A stretch of DNA of 63,858 nucleotides, counting the filler, from an uncultured Methanosarcinales archaeon (GTDB taxonomy: Archaea > Nanobdellota > Nanobdellia > Woesearchaeales > CAZKBD01), in NCBI GenBank assembly GCA_964550945.1. It is 8 parts of 8 records of this genome, joined end to end, with 100 filler letters (N's around TTAATTAATTAA, not from the genome) between each part and the next. Parts side by side here need not be neighbours in the genome. Positions count along the whole stretch, not along the records: positions 45,474 to 53,878 come from CAZKBD010000080.1; positions 53,979 to 62,019 come from CAZKBD010000081.1; 6 more parts are not named here. One strand, 5' to 3'. Under the pieces are notes generated by a model. The model saw only the letters and a list, made by a program, of their open reading frames with translations. It had not been told where the DNA came from and made no database searches. The translations under genes were made by a program, and so were the position numbers. Shown here piece by piece: positions 49,887 through 59,179 of the stretch; positions within the stretch are counted from its first letter, which is position 1; the number at the start of each line of letters is the position of its first letter.

Positions 49887-50372
49887 ATGGAACTTAAGCT
49901 TACAAAAAACGAAAAATTTGTTTTAAGGGAGATCATCAGCAATGGAAGGGTTAGCGATAGCTATATCGCTAGGAACCTTAAGGTTTCTGTACCAGCAGTA
50001 AGGAAAATAAGAAAGAAATTTGAGAATAACAAAGTCATTAAAAGATATTCTGCTATCATTGATTATGAGAAAATAGGAATAAAGGCATTTGCAATAGCTC
50101 AATTAAAGGTAACTGAAAAAGGCTTAAAGACAAAAATGGACCTGTTTGATAGCCTCAACATCATTGGGTCGTTTAGGCTGCCAGAAACAAATATCACGCA
50201 TATTTTCATTGCAGGATTCAGCTCATTAGAAGAGCTCGACACATATTTTGCAAAGATTAAGGAAAAGCATTCTGGCCTAATTGAGATACAAAAGATGAAT
50301 ATTTTTTCTAATATTGGCCTAATGAAAAACTCGCCTGTAGAGCTACTAAAAAAGAAAATCGAAGAACCGTAA
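49887..50372 (+). CDS. Lrp/AsnC family regulator, divergent from hydG
   Basis: N-terminal HTH; IKRYSAIIDYEKIG. Confidence 0.88.
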   Translation: MELKLTKNEKFVLREIISNGRVSDSYIARNLKVSVPAVRKIRKKFENNKVIKRYSAIIDYEKIGIKAFAIAQLKVTEKGLKTKMDLFDSLNIIGSFRLPETNITHIFIAGFSSLEELDTYFAKIKEKHSGLIEIQKMNIFSNIGLMKNSPVELLKKKIEEP

Positions 50373-50415
50373 AATCATAAGGTTTATATGGATAATACTC
50401 TTTTTGCCAGTAAAT

Positions 50416-50594
50416 ATGCAGTTGCCATGCGATATATGTATGTGGGATATTGTACTGCCTATGATTAAAAGAGAGATGGGCTTAAGACTACTTTGGCAAA
50501 AGAGATATCTAAGAAAAAACTGATTGGCAAACAGATTCCAGAAAGATCTTGCGATGTATGCAAGTCTGCTCAGAAGAAGTTTGGTGTTTATTAG
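50416..50594 (+). pseudogene. Frameshifted, internally deleted archaeal HTH regulator (COG2522-like)
   Basis: MQLPCDICMWDIVLPMIKREM start; SCDVCKS ending in another frame; 179 nt. Confidence 0.45.
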
Positions 50595-50601
50595 ACAGAA
50601 A

Positions 50602-51114
50602 ATGGACAATAAAAAACTCGGAATCATCCTGCTGATAGTTGGAATTTTGATAGTTGGAGCTGTATATTTTGTTAAGGTGAAAGAGGATTCAATAATCAAC
50701 AAAGTGATTGCAGAACAGGGCTCTTGTTTTTTAAGTGATGGAACATGCCTTCATGATGATAGGTCTTTGATGCCGTACATAGTAGGTTGGGTGCTTTCTG
50801 CAGTTATAATCGCTTTAGGGATATACTTAATATTTTTTGAAAGGAGCCAAAAAGAGATTATTAATACATTAGAGAACCAGAAAAAGATGCATACAGAAGA
50901 AGAAAAAGTGCAGATACTTTCAAAAGCCATGGATGAGTATGAGAAAAGGGTCTATGCAGCAATCCGAGAGCAGGATGGCATTACTCAGACAACATTGCGT
51001 TATAGGACAGACCTATCAAAATCCAAATTGAGCTCGATTTTATCTGATTTCGAGAAGAAAGGCCTTATCAAGAGAGTGCCAAAAGAAAAAACTCTGCAGG
51101 TTTTCTTAAGATAA
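50602..51114 (+). CDS. Membrane protein with a C-terminal winged helix
   Basis: Two TM; GITQTTLRYRTDLSKSKLSSILSDFEKKGLIKR. Confidence 0.82.
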   Translation: MDNKKLGIILLIVGILIVGAVYFVKVKEDSIINKVIAEQGSCFLSDGTCLHDDRSLMPYIVGWVLSAVIIALGIYLIFFERSQKEIINTLENQKKMHTEEEKVQILSKAMDEYEKRVYAAIREQDGITQTTLRYRTDLSKSKLSSILSDFEKKGLIKRVPKEKTLQVFLR

Positions 51115-51240
51115 GGTCAAATAGGCCTTTAAGAACGATGAAAGACCTAAATATGACTTTTCAAGCAAAAATAAGCAGTATTCTACACATCGTTTCATAG
51201 CAAAAGTATATATCAAAAGGCGTTTTTCTATTAAACCATT

Positions 51241-51258
51241 GGTAAAATAACATTTACC
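51241..51258 (+). promoter_or_regulatory. Candidate operator of the copper cluster
   Basis: GGTAAA-ataaca-TTTACC between a TATA-like site and the GGAGGA SD of the HMA gene. Confidence 0.45.
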
Positions 51259-51272
51259 GGAGGATATTAATC

Positions 51273-51482
51273 ATGAAAAAAATTAATCTTAAAATAACTG
51301 GAATGCATTGTAAAAGCTGCGAGACATTGATTGGAGATGCAGTTAAAGAGCTTGCTGGCGTTTACACCGTACGAGTTGATCACAAATCTGGTGTTGCAGA
51401 AATCGCTTTTGATGAAACCAAGGTAAAAGAAAGTGATATTATCTCAGTAATATCAAAAGAAGGGTATAAGGTGGGAAAATGA
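51273..51482 (+). CDS. Copper chaperone (HMA, CopZ-like)
   Basis: GMHCKSC. Confidence 0.92.
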   Translation: MKKINLKITGMHCKSCETLIGDAVKELAGVYTVRVDHKSGVAEIAFDETKVKESDIISVISKEGYKVGK

Positions 51483-53296
51483 AGATTCGAGTTGAAACAA
51501 AGGGCATGCAATGCACGAAATGTGAGAATGTTATCACAAAGGCGATTCAAAGATTAGATGGGATTAAACATGTTGAATCAAATCATCCAAAAGGAGAAAC
51601 AATAGTTGAATTTGATGAGGATATTGCCTCAATTGAAAAAATAAAAGAGGCTATATCTAATGAAGGGTATAATTGCGGCGATGTTGATTATATACTCGAC
51701 GTGAATGAGAAAATAGGTGAGAAAATGAAAAAGGTGTTTATTAAGACAAAGGGCATGCAATGCACAAGTTGTGAAAAGATCATCCAAAAGGCGGCTCTTA
51801 AAGTTGATGGCGTAAAATCAGCAAAAGCAGATTATGCAATGGAAGAGACAGTTATTGAGTTTGATGAAAAAAGAACAGACTTGAACAAAGTGATCCAATC
51901 TATTAGTGATGAAGGCTATGATTGCAAGATTATTGATGTAATATCGGAAAAAGATGACCGTACCAATGGAGAGTCTTTAATCAAGAATGCTCATAAGTCT
52001 GAAAAGGTTGCTAAACAATCAAAATCCGCAGATAGTGATCATTACCGGATTGCTATCCCTAGGCCTAATTCTAAATACCTAGTTGTAGCTGGTGCTATCT
52101 TATTTTTATTAGGGCTTTTTTGGATAATGAGCCAGTCAATTAGTTTCAAACTGCCTGAAATCACGCCAGGCATAGGGCTTGCATTGATTTTTGCTGTTGG
52201 AATTTTGACAAGCTTTCATTGTGTTGGCATGTGCGGCGGGTTTGTTCTGTCCTACACCACAAAAGATGCTATGGATAAAGGTAAAGACAAGAGGGCAAAA
52301 TTTATCTCGCATTTGAAATATGGAACAGGAAAAACAATAACCTATATTTTGCTAGGAGCATTGTTTGGGTTGCTTGGATCATTTATTGCTTTTACCCCAA
52401 AATTAAAAGGGATAGCAGCAATCTTGGCTGGCGGTTTTTTGATTTTATATGGCCTAAATATGATCAATGTATTTCCTTGGCTTAGAAAACTACAGTTCCG
52501 AGGGCCTAAATCACTAGACAAGCTCAACATCAAGGCAACAAAAGGCCATAAGGGCCCATTTGTCATTGGCCTTACAAATGGATTGATGATAGCATGCGGC
52601 CCATTACAGGCTATGCTGATCTATGCTGCCGGTACAGGAAGCGCGCTACAAGGAAGCCTCTCTTTGCTTGTATTTGGTGTAGGAACATTGCCATTAATGC
52701 TTGTTTTCGGATCATTCGCCACTATGCTAGGATCTAAATTTACACATAAGGTTTTGAAAGTATCAGCATTAATAGTGATAATATTGGGCGTTGTTATGCT
52801 AAACCGAGGTTTTACCTTGCTTGGAACAGGATATGACATTAATTCGTTAGCAACTTCTGTAATTGCAAAGGGAGAAGGAATAACAGGAACTACAGAAGGG
52901 CTTAACACAGAGATTAAAGATGGATACCAGGAAATAAGAATGGATGTTACCAGAAATGGATGGGAGCCAGATAAGTTTGTATTAAAAAAAGGAGTGCCTG
53001 TTAAGTGGATCATCAATGGCAAAGAGATAACTGGATGTAATAATGCCATTCAAGTGCCAAAACTTGGATTAAGGTTTGATATAAAGCCAGGAGAGCAGGT
53101 AATAGAATTTACGCCAACAGAAGAAGGGGTTATACCATGGAGCTGTTGGATGGGTATGTTAAGGGGCACATTTGTCGTAAAAGAAGATATTGATTTAGGC
53201 AATAAGGAGCAGGTGCAGAAAGAATTAAAGGCCGTGCCAAAACAAACTGGAGGCACTTGCGGGATGGGAGGAGGCTGCGGTTGTGGTGGTGGATAA
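51479..53296 (+). CDS. 2xHMA + DsbD_2/TauE-like membrane domain + cupredoxin-like domain
   Basis: GMQCTKC, GMQCTSC, SFHCVGMCGG, ACGPLQ, WSCWMGM. Confidence 0.9.
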   Translation: MKIRVETKGMQCTKCENVITKAIQRLDGIKHVESNHPKGETIVEFDEDIASIEKIKEAISNEGYNCGDVDYILDVNEKIGEKMKKVFIKTKGMQCTSCEKIIQKAALKVDGVKSAKADYAMEETVIEFDEKRTDLNKVIQSISDEGYDCKIIDVISEKDDRTNGESLIKNAHKSEKVAKQSKSADSDHYRIAIPRPNSKYLVVAGAILFLLGLFWIMSQSISFKLPEITPGIGLALIFAVGILTSFHCVGMCGGFVLSYTTKDAMDKGKDKRAKFISHLKYGTGKTITYILLGALFGLLGSFIAFTPKLKGIAAILAGGFLILYGLNMINVFPWLRKLQFRGPKSLDKLNIKATKGHKGPFVIGLTNGLMIACGPLQAMLIYAAGTGSALQGSLSLLVFGVGTLPLMLVFGSFATMLGSKFTHKVLKVSALIVIILGVVMLNRGFTLLGTGYDINSLATSVIAKGEGITGTTEGLNTEIKDGYQEIRMDVTRNGWEPDKFVLKKGVPVKWIINGKEITGCNNAIQVPKLGLRFDIKPGEQVIEFTPTEEGVIPWSCWMGMLRGTFVVKEDIDLGNKEQVQKELKAVPKQTGGTCGMGGGCGCGGG

Positions 53297-53317
53297 GTTC
53301 ACAAGATAGGTGATAAC

Positions 53318-53464
53318 ATGTGTGATTGCGACGAAAAGAATATAAACTTTGGAAGAAACATTTACTGTAAAAAGTGTGGAATGGAACTAGGTTTCAAGCC
53401 AGCAATAAAACGGTTTAGGTTTGTGACTGAATACTACTGCTGCAGAGGCTGTGCAGATACTTAG
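53318..53464 (+). CDS. 48-aa Cys-rich metal-binding mini-protein (TRASH/metallothionein-like)
   Basis: MCDCDEK...YCKKCG...YYCCRGCADT*; AGGTGA SD; lies inside the copper cluster. Confidence 0.7.
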   Translation: MCDCDEKNINFGRNIYCKKCGMELGFKPAIKRFRFVTEYYCCRGCADT

Positions 53465-53486
53465 GTTATATAAGGCAGGAGGGTTA

Positions 53487-53878
53487 ATGAAAAGAATCAA
53501 TTTGAGCATTAGTGGAATGCATTGCCAGAGCTGCGTTACATTGATCTCTAAAAAATTAGGAAAAACTGATGGGATAAAATACCAAAACGTCAACCTTACA
53601 ACAGAGAAAGCAGCTGTTGAATTTGATGAAGCGATAGTTTCTGAGGATAAGATAATCAATCTGATCAACAGCCTGGGATATAAGGCTTATGTGGTTACTG
53701 ATGAAAAAAGCAGCATTGACTACGAAGCAGATAAAAGGAGAAAAGAAATTAATAGAATGGAGTATCTGCTATTGTTTAGCTTGATTTTTGCAATCCCTGC
53801 TTTCTTGATTGGGATGGTGTTTATGTGGCTGGGATTTGAACTCCCTTATAGCGGCTATATTCTTTTTGCATTAGCAAC
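53487..53878 (+). CDS. copA: Cu-transporting P1B ATPase (3'-partial)
   Basis: GMHCQSC HMA domain followed by the first TM helices; truncated by a linker. Confidence 0.8.
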
Positions 53879-54071
53879 NNNNNNNNNNNNNNNNNNNNNN
53901 NNNNNNNNNNNNNNNNNNNNNNTTAATTAATTAANNNNNNNNNNNNNNNNNNNNNNNNNNNNNNNNNNNNNNNNNNNNGTTTAAAAAGCACCTGTATACT
54001 GCAGAAGTGTCAACTAATTACCGAATTATTCAATTTTACCTTTTTAGTTAATTTTTCACTATACTGCGGGC

Positions 54072-54250
54072 TGTCAAAAACCGACCCCGCAATAAAGTGA
54101 GGGGCGTGTTTTTGAGCATGAACTGAGAAATTGGCAAATCCAATTTCTGGTTTGTCAGAAAGCTTCGCTTTCATACACTCAGAAATCGCTGGTTTGCTCT
54201 GAGCTAAATTATTAGAACGTGCACCTGCGATTTCTGACATGTCAAAAAAA
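54072..54250. repeat. Hairpin element copy D
   Basis: TGTCAAAAAC...GTTTTTGAGCA and CTCAGAAATCGC...GCGATTTCTGACAT. Confidence 0.75.
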
Positions 54251-54287
54251 GCAAATGGTTATATATAGGCTATACCTCAGATTAGGG

Positions 54288-54695
54288 ATGAGATTACTAG
54301 CACATTTCATAGCATCTCTATTGTTAACAATAGCCTTTTTTCCCTACTTTGGATGGCACGGCTTATTGATCTTCGTTGGAGGATTTATTATAGATTTAGA
54401 TCATGTAATCTGGTTTTATGCGAGATTCAAGCAATTGAATCCTTTAAAAATACATAAATATTTTAGGCAAATAGGCAAAAACAAGAAATTTAAAGATTAT
54501 GAACAGATTTTTCGGCCATTCCATTCGATTGAGATAATTGTACTACTGATATTCTTTTCATTTTTTAGCCAAACTATGCTGATTGCAGCAATTGGTTATT
54601 GCACCCATATGGTGATGGACTACTCCTACGAATGGTATACATTTAAAACAATTAGAAACTTTTCAGCTGTTCTGTACCTATTAGGGAAAAAATGA
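54288..54695 (+). CDS. Membrane metal-dependent hydrolase-like protein
   Basis: H...IDLDH...FHS.E...HMVMD. Confidence 0.7.
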   Translation: MRLLAHFIASLLLTIAFFPYFGWHGLLIFVGGFIIDLDHVIWFYARFKQLNPLKIHKYFRQIGKNKKFKDYEQIFRPFHSIEIIVLLIFFSFFSQTMLIAAIGYCTHMVMDYSYEWYTFKTIRNFSAVLYLLGKK

Positions 54696-55033
54696 TGAAA
54701 AACATACCAAAAAAGACGGTACTAGCGAATCAAGTAAGATATTGCAGAACAATATTTTCAAAATCCATCGGCTTGATGTTTTCAAAAAAATCAGATAAAG
54801 TCCTGATTTTCATTTTCGATAAAGAAAAAATAATCCCTTTGCATAATTTCTTTGTTTTTTATCCGATTGATGTGCTATTTCTAAACAAAAACAAAAATGT
54901 TGTTGAAATAAAGGAGACGTTCAAGCCATTCACTTTTTACACGCCAAAAAATAAAGCAAAGTATGTCATTGAGTTGCCTCAAGGAGCGATAAAACAATCG
55001 AAAACTGAGTTAAATGATAAAATTGAATTCTAA
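54692..55033 (+). CDS. DUF192 protein
   Basis: GLMF, FVFYPIDVLFL, YVIELP.G. Confidence 0.88.
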   Translation: MMKNIPKKTVLANQVRYCRTIFSKSIGLMFSKKSDKVLIFIFDKEKIIPLHNFFVFYPIDVLFLNKNKNVVEIKETFKPFTFYTPKNKAKYVIELPQGAIKQSKTELNDKIEF

Positions 55034-55075
55034 AATTAGAAAATGTTATATTAAATGTAATTAGAGTAACAAATT

Positions 55076-55333
55076 ATGAAAAAAATAATCTTATTTCTGG
55101 TCTTGTTGATTTTTATTATTGGATGCGCTAAGCAAACAGAAAAACCAGTTGAACAGAAACAAGCGCAAACAACTCAAATAGCAAACCCTGCCTCTGTTTA
55201 TTGCGAAGAGCAAGGCGGAAAACTTGAGATAAGAACTGATGCTGATGGCGGTCAGGCGGGTTATTGTACTCTAAAAGATGGCACAGAATGTGAAGAATGG
55301 GCTTATTATAGGGGAGAATGCCCTAAAAGTTAG
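55076..55333 (+). CDS. DUF333 lipoprotein
   Basis: Lipobox IIGC; ANPASVYCEEQGG...CEEWAYYRGEC. Confidence 0.9.
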   Translation: MKKIILFLVLLIFIIGCAKQTEKPVEQKQAQTTQIANPASVYCEEQGGKLEIRTDADGGQAGYCTLKDGTECEEWAYYRGECPKS

Positions 55334-55427
55334 AATAACTTTTGATTAAATTTAACGTTTTAGATTATAGAACTTCCTTTTAAAACAACAATGTTTATAA
55401 AATAAATTATAATTCTATGAGAATACC

Positions 55428-55600
55428 GGGGGCGTAGTATAACCTGGCTAGTATAGACGGCTCCAGACTTGTGGAGCGATGAGGCTTTTGCCGATGACTT
55501 ACAAGGGCTATACCGTCGGATCTGGGACGAGCAGTAAGCTTGCAGAAATTCAAAAAGGTTAAGGGACATTCCCTATCTGTTGAAAGTCCCAGCGTCCCCA
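55428..55600 (+). tRNA. tRNA-Trp(CCA) with three introns: 55467-55511 (37/38), 55527-55548 (53/54), 55555-55586 (59/60)
   Basis: Removing them gives a 74-nt cloverleaf: GGGGGCG/CGTCCCC acceptor, GACGG-CTCCAGA-CCGTC anticodon arm, CTGGG-TTCAAAT-CCCAG T arm. Confidence 0.9.
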
Positions 55601-55654
55601 CTTTTAATTCTCAAAACAACAATTATTTAAACAAAAACCACAAAGAATTGTTCT

Positions 55655-56803
55655 GTGTCAAAAAAACATCTGTTAGGAGCTGTAAGCACCTTAGTCGGTT
55701 TTACAATAGGCGCAGGCATCTTAGGCATCCCTTATGTTGTTGTAAAAGCTGGATTTACCACAGGGATTGTTAATATTATTGTGATAGGTATTGCAACACT
55801 AATCCTAAATCTGTATTTAGGCGAGATAGTACTAAGGACAAAGGGAATCCATCAGTTAACGGGCTATGCTGAGAAATATCTGGGAAAAAATGGAAAAGTG
55901 CTAATGACAATTGCTATGATATTTGCTTATTATGGGGCATTGGTTGCGTATACAGTAAAAGTAGGGGAGTTTATTGCTAAATTATTTATGCCAGTAATTG
56001 GCGGGGATTATTTGATATATGTTCTTGTTTCTTTTGTTATCATGAGCTTATTTGTGTACGTAGGATTAAAGATGGTTGAGAAAGGAGAGTTATCAATGGT
56101 TTTGTTTATGGTCTTGATCATGGTTGTATTCTCATTTGTTATGATGCCCAAAATTGACTATAGCAACTTAACCGGGTTTGATCTAACCAAGCTGTTCATT
56201 CCATACGGCGTTGTGCTATTTGCTTTTGCAGGATCAGGGGCAATACCTGAGATTGGAGAAGAATTAAAAAACAATAAGAAACTGGTAAAGAAGGCTATAA
56301 TCATAGGGTCATTGATACCTTTATTCATTTATCTTTTATTTGCTTTCCTTGTTGTTGGAGTTGCAGGCAATAATACAACTGATGGGGCTATTATCGGATT
56401 GGAGAGCATATTCGGCACAAATATCCTTGTTCTAGGAGTTATCTTTGGAGTTCTGGCTATGGCTACATCCTTCATCGCAGTTGGCTTGGCTTTAAAAGGG
56501 ATGTATCAGTTTGATTTCAAACTAAAAAGAGCATTAGCATCTAATCTAACTTGTTTAATCCCATTGGTTGTTTCATTTATAATAATACAGTCAAAGATAA
56601 AAAATTCTTTTTTCCATGTTTTGGATGTTACAGGAGCTTTTGCTGGGTCGCTTATATGCATATTGATAGTTATGATGTTCCTGAAATCTAAAAAACTTGG
56701 CGATAGAAAACCAGAATTCTGTTTGCATAAAAATAGCATAATCAGCTTGATATTGATCCTTATGTTTATAGCCGGGATGGCTTATAAATTTTTTAATTTT
56801 TAG
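55655..56803 (+). CDS. Aromatic amino acid permease family transporter
   Basis: IGAGILGIPY, PYGVVLFAF; about 11 TM. Confidence 0.88.
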   Translation: MSKKHLLGAVSTLVGFTIGAGILGIPYVVVKAGFTTGIVNIIVIGIATLILNLYLGEIVLRTKGIHQLTGYAEKYLGKNGKVLMTIAMIFAYYGALVAYTVKVGEFIAKLFMPVIGGDYLIYVLVSFVIMSLFVYVGLKMVEKGELSMVLFMVLIMVVFSFVMMPKIDYSNLTGFDLTKLFIPYGVVLFAFAGSGAIPEIGEELKNNKKLVKKAIIIGSLIPLFIYLLFAFLVVGVAGNNTTDGAIIGLESIFGTNILVLGVIFGVLAMATSFIAVGLALKGMYQFDFKLKRALASNLTCLIPLVVSFIIIQSKIKNSFFHVLDVTGAFAGSLICILIVMMFLKSKKLGDRKPEFCLHKNSIISLILILMFIAGMAYKFFNF

Positions 56804-56805
56804 TA

Positions 56806-59106
56806 TTATTTATCTTCTTCCATCAGAAAATGGTATAATTTTTTGTAATATTTTAACGACAGAATCAAAATTACCATGATCACAAAACCGGCTATCATGT
56901 ACTGGTAATATAACAAAACAAAATCTTTGGTGTAAGCATAAGGCGCTGAAAGCCAGCTTGTTATCAGTTGATGGAAGGTGTAACTTAAGATAAACAATCC
57001 AATTAGGGCGATTATAAACCCCCAAAATAGATATTTAAAATAATTTGGCTTTGATGAGCTTTTCTTTTTAACTTTATCTACTATTTTTTTGGCTGGTTTT
57101 ATTTCTTTTTTTCCGTCTTTTTTAGTCCTTATTCTCCTAAATTTGTTTAAGATCATAATAAACATGACAAGTATTGCAAAACCAAGAATAGCATAGTTGA
57201 GATAGTACATCAAGATTGATTTCACACTTACCATCTTGAACACTAGGTAGATAACCCCGCCTAAAGCCAGCAAGATTATGAGATATTCTATGAATTCAAC
57301 AATATGCGATCTGTCTTTTGCTTCTTTGGCTTTTTTCTCTGGTTTTTCAGCCTTTTTTTCTTTTGGCTGTTTGATCTTTTTTGACCTGTTCTTGGTATTA
57401 TTAACAATCAACAAAATAATCATCAACAAACCAATGCCAGCTCCAATAAACGGGATATATGGTTGTATATAATCTACTAATTTAAATCTGTTAAAAAAGT
57501 AGGCAATCCCACCAAGAACAACCAAAACAGACAACATGATACCTAATGCCTTGAAGAAGGGCTTAATCCAGGTCATATCTTTTTTAGCTTTTTTCTCTGC
57601 CTTGGTTGATGTTTCTTTTTTAACCTCTTCTTTTATTTTCTCTTTTTCTGGTTTCTGCAATCTTTTAGGCATTTTTTTAATTGCCTGCCTGATTATAGCA
57701 ATCAATACCAACACCACTACTAACAGGACAATTCCAGTAATAACATAATAGATGTACAAATTAAAATAAAGTTTTATCTTGCCAAGCACTTCTTCTTGAT
57801 TGCTCAACTCAAGAGCAATATTCTTTGAATAAGAAAGCTCGCCCTTTGTAAGGGTTACAGTAAGATTATAAGGCCCTAAAGTTGCATCTTTAGGCGGCTT
57901 TGCAAATATGTTAAGGCCTTTTGTTTCTCCTTTTGCCAAGGTTAGCTTATCTTGGTTTATGCTGGCCCATGATGGACCTTCTAATTTTACGCCAAAATCT
58001 GCTTCTTTTAGGCCAATATTAGTCACTTTTATGTCTATCTTCTTGCCAAAATAGTCTGTTGAATACTCGCTGTTTGATAAAATTTTAGCACCATAGCATC
58101 TTCCTTGAGGGGTTATTTTTATTTTGAGATTATCGCTTGACTCTACATTTGTATCAATTATAGCTGATTTAACTACAATATCGTAATTTCCAGTATCATT
58201 AACTTGCGGCTCTAAGATCAGCTTTAAATCTGCTTCTTTTCCTGATTCGATCTCTATGATACCATTTTCAAAACCAGCCCAATCAACATTTGTGCTAAGG
58301 TTAAATGTGCTATTCAATGCGCCTTGATTGGTTATTTTCACGCTGTAATCTGTTTCTTCTCCACTGCATATTGTATCCTGCTCCTTGTCGATATCAACAT
58401 TTAGCTTATAGCATTCATTTACTTCAACATCCAATCTGTAGGTTTTTTTGATCTTGCCTCTCTCTTGAGTGACATCCAGAAATAAAGTATTGTTTCCTAT
58501 CTCATTTGGCTCTAAGATTAAGTAGATGATGCCTTTCTGATTTTCCTTTAATGCTGCGCTTTGCTGGCTTAGCTTAGCAAAATCCTGATCTATGCCAAAG
58601 AAATAGTTATTTGATATATTGCCTTTATTCGTGATTAAAATGGGGATATTTTTTATGTCTCCCTTGCATAGAGTATATGGGCCTTTATGAGCGTCAAATT
58701 TTGTTTTTTTAGCTATATCTGAATATTCCCCAAAGCTTATTCCAAAATCAGAGCATAAGCTTATTTTCAAAGATGCGGGATAGTTTGTTTTTTTTCCCTG
58801 GTTTTTTATTATAAAGTTAAAGTCATAATTTCCAACTACATCACATTCTGGAGTGATATATGCATAAACAGTCTTTGTTTTACCGGGGTTCACTAAAGCA
58901 GGGTTTTCACTAAACTTGGTTTGCTTTGAAAACTTATCAACTGAGAAGGAATATTGTTCAACAGAAGATTGAGAATTCTTAAGATTGAATGCGTAAACCG
59001 CTTCAGAGCAGGGGCATATTTCCTTTGCCAGAGCCTCAACTGATATAGGTAGACCTAAAGCTGGTATGAGAACCAGTATGAGAAAAATAATCATGTGTTT
59101 ATTCAT
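56806..59106 (-). CDS. Surface/membrane protein with Ig-like repeats and a multi-TM Lys-rich C-terminus
   Basis: Signal peptide; repeated C.G....I.N.G units; several TM. Confidence 0.75.
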   Translation of the reverse strand: MNKHMIIFLILVLIPALGLPISVEALAKEICPCSEAVYAFNLKNSQSSVEQYSFSVDKFSKQTKFSENPALVNPGKTKTVYAYITPECDVVGNYDFNFIIKNQGKKTNYPASLKISLCSDFGISFGEYSDIAKKTKFDAHKGPYTLCKGDIKNIPILITNKGNISNNYFFGIDQDFAKLSQQSAALKENQKGIIYLILEPNEIGNNTLFLDVTQERGKIKKTYRLDVEVNECYKLNVDIDKEQDTICSGEETDYSVKITNQGALNSTFNLSTNVDWAGFENGIIEIESGKEADLKLILEPQVNDTGNYDIVVKSAIIDTNVESSDNLKIKITPQGRCYGAKILSNSEYSTDYFGKKIDIKVTNIGLKEADFGVKLEGPSWASINQDKLTLAKGETKGLNIFAKPPKDATLGPYNLTVTLTKGELSYSKNIALELSNQEEVLGKIKLYFNLYIYYVITGIVLLVVVLVLIAIIRQAIKKMPKRLQKPEKEKIKEEVKKETSTKAEKKAKKDMTWIKPFFKALGIMLSVLVVLGGIAYFFNRFKLVDYIQPYIPFIGAGIGLLMIILLIVNNTKNRSKKIKQPKEKKAEKPEKKAKEAKDRSHIVEFIEYLIILLALGGVIYLVFKMVSVKSILMYYLNYAILGFAILVMFIMILNKFRRIRTKKDGKKEIKPAKKIVDKVKKKSSSKPNYFKYLFWGFIIALIGLFILSYTFHQLITSWLSAPYAYTKDFVLLYYQYMIAGFVIMVILILSLKYYKKLYHFLMEEDK

Positions 59107-59179
59107 TCTTCATATCCCCCCTAAGGAGATTCTTAATCTCAAATAGAAAAAATAGAAGTAAAAAAAAGATTAAAAAAAA

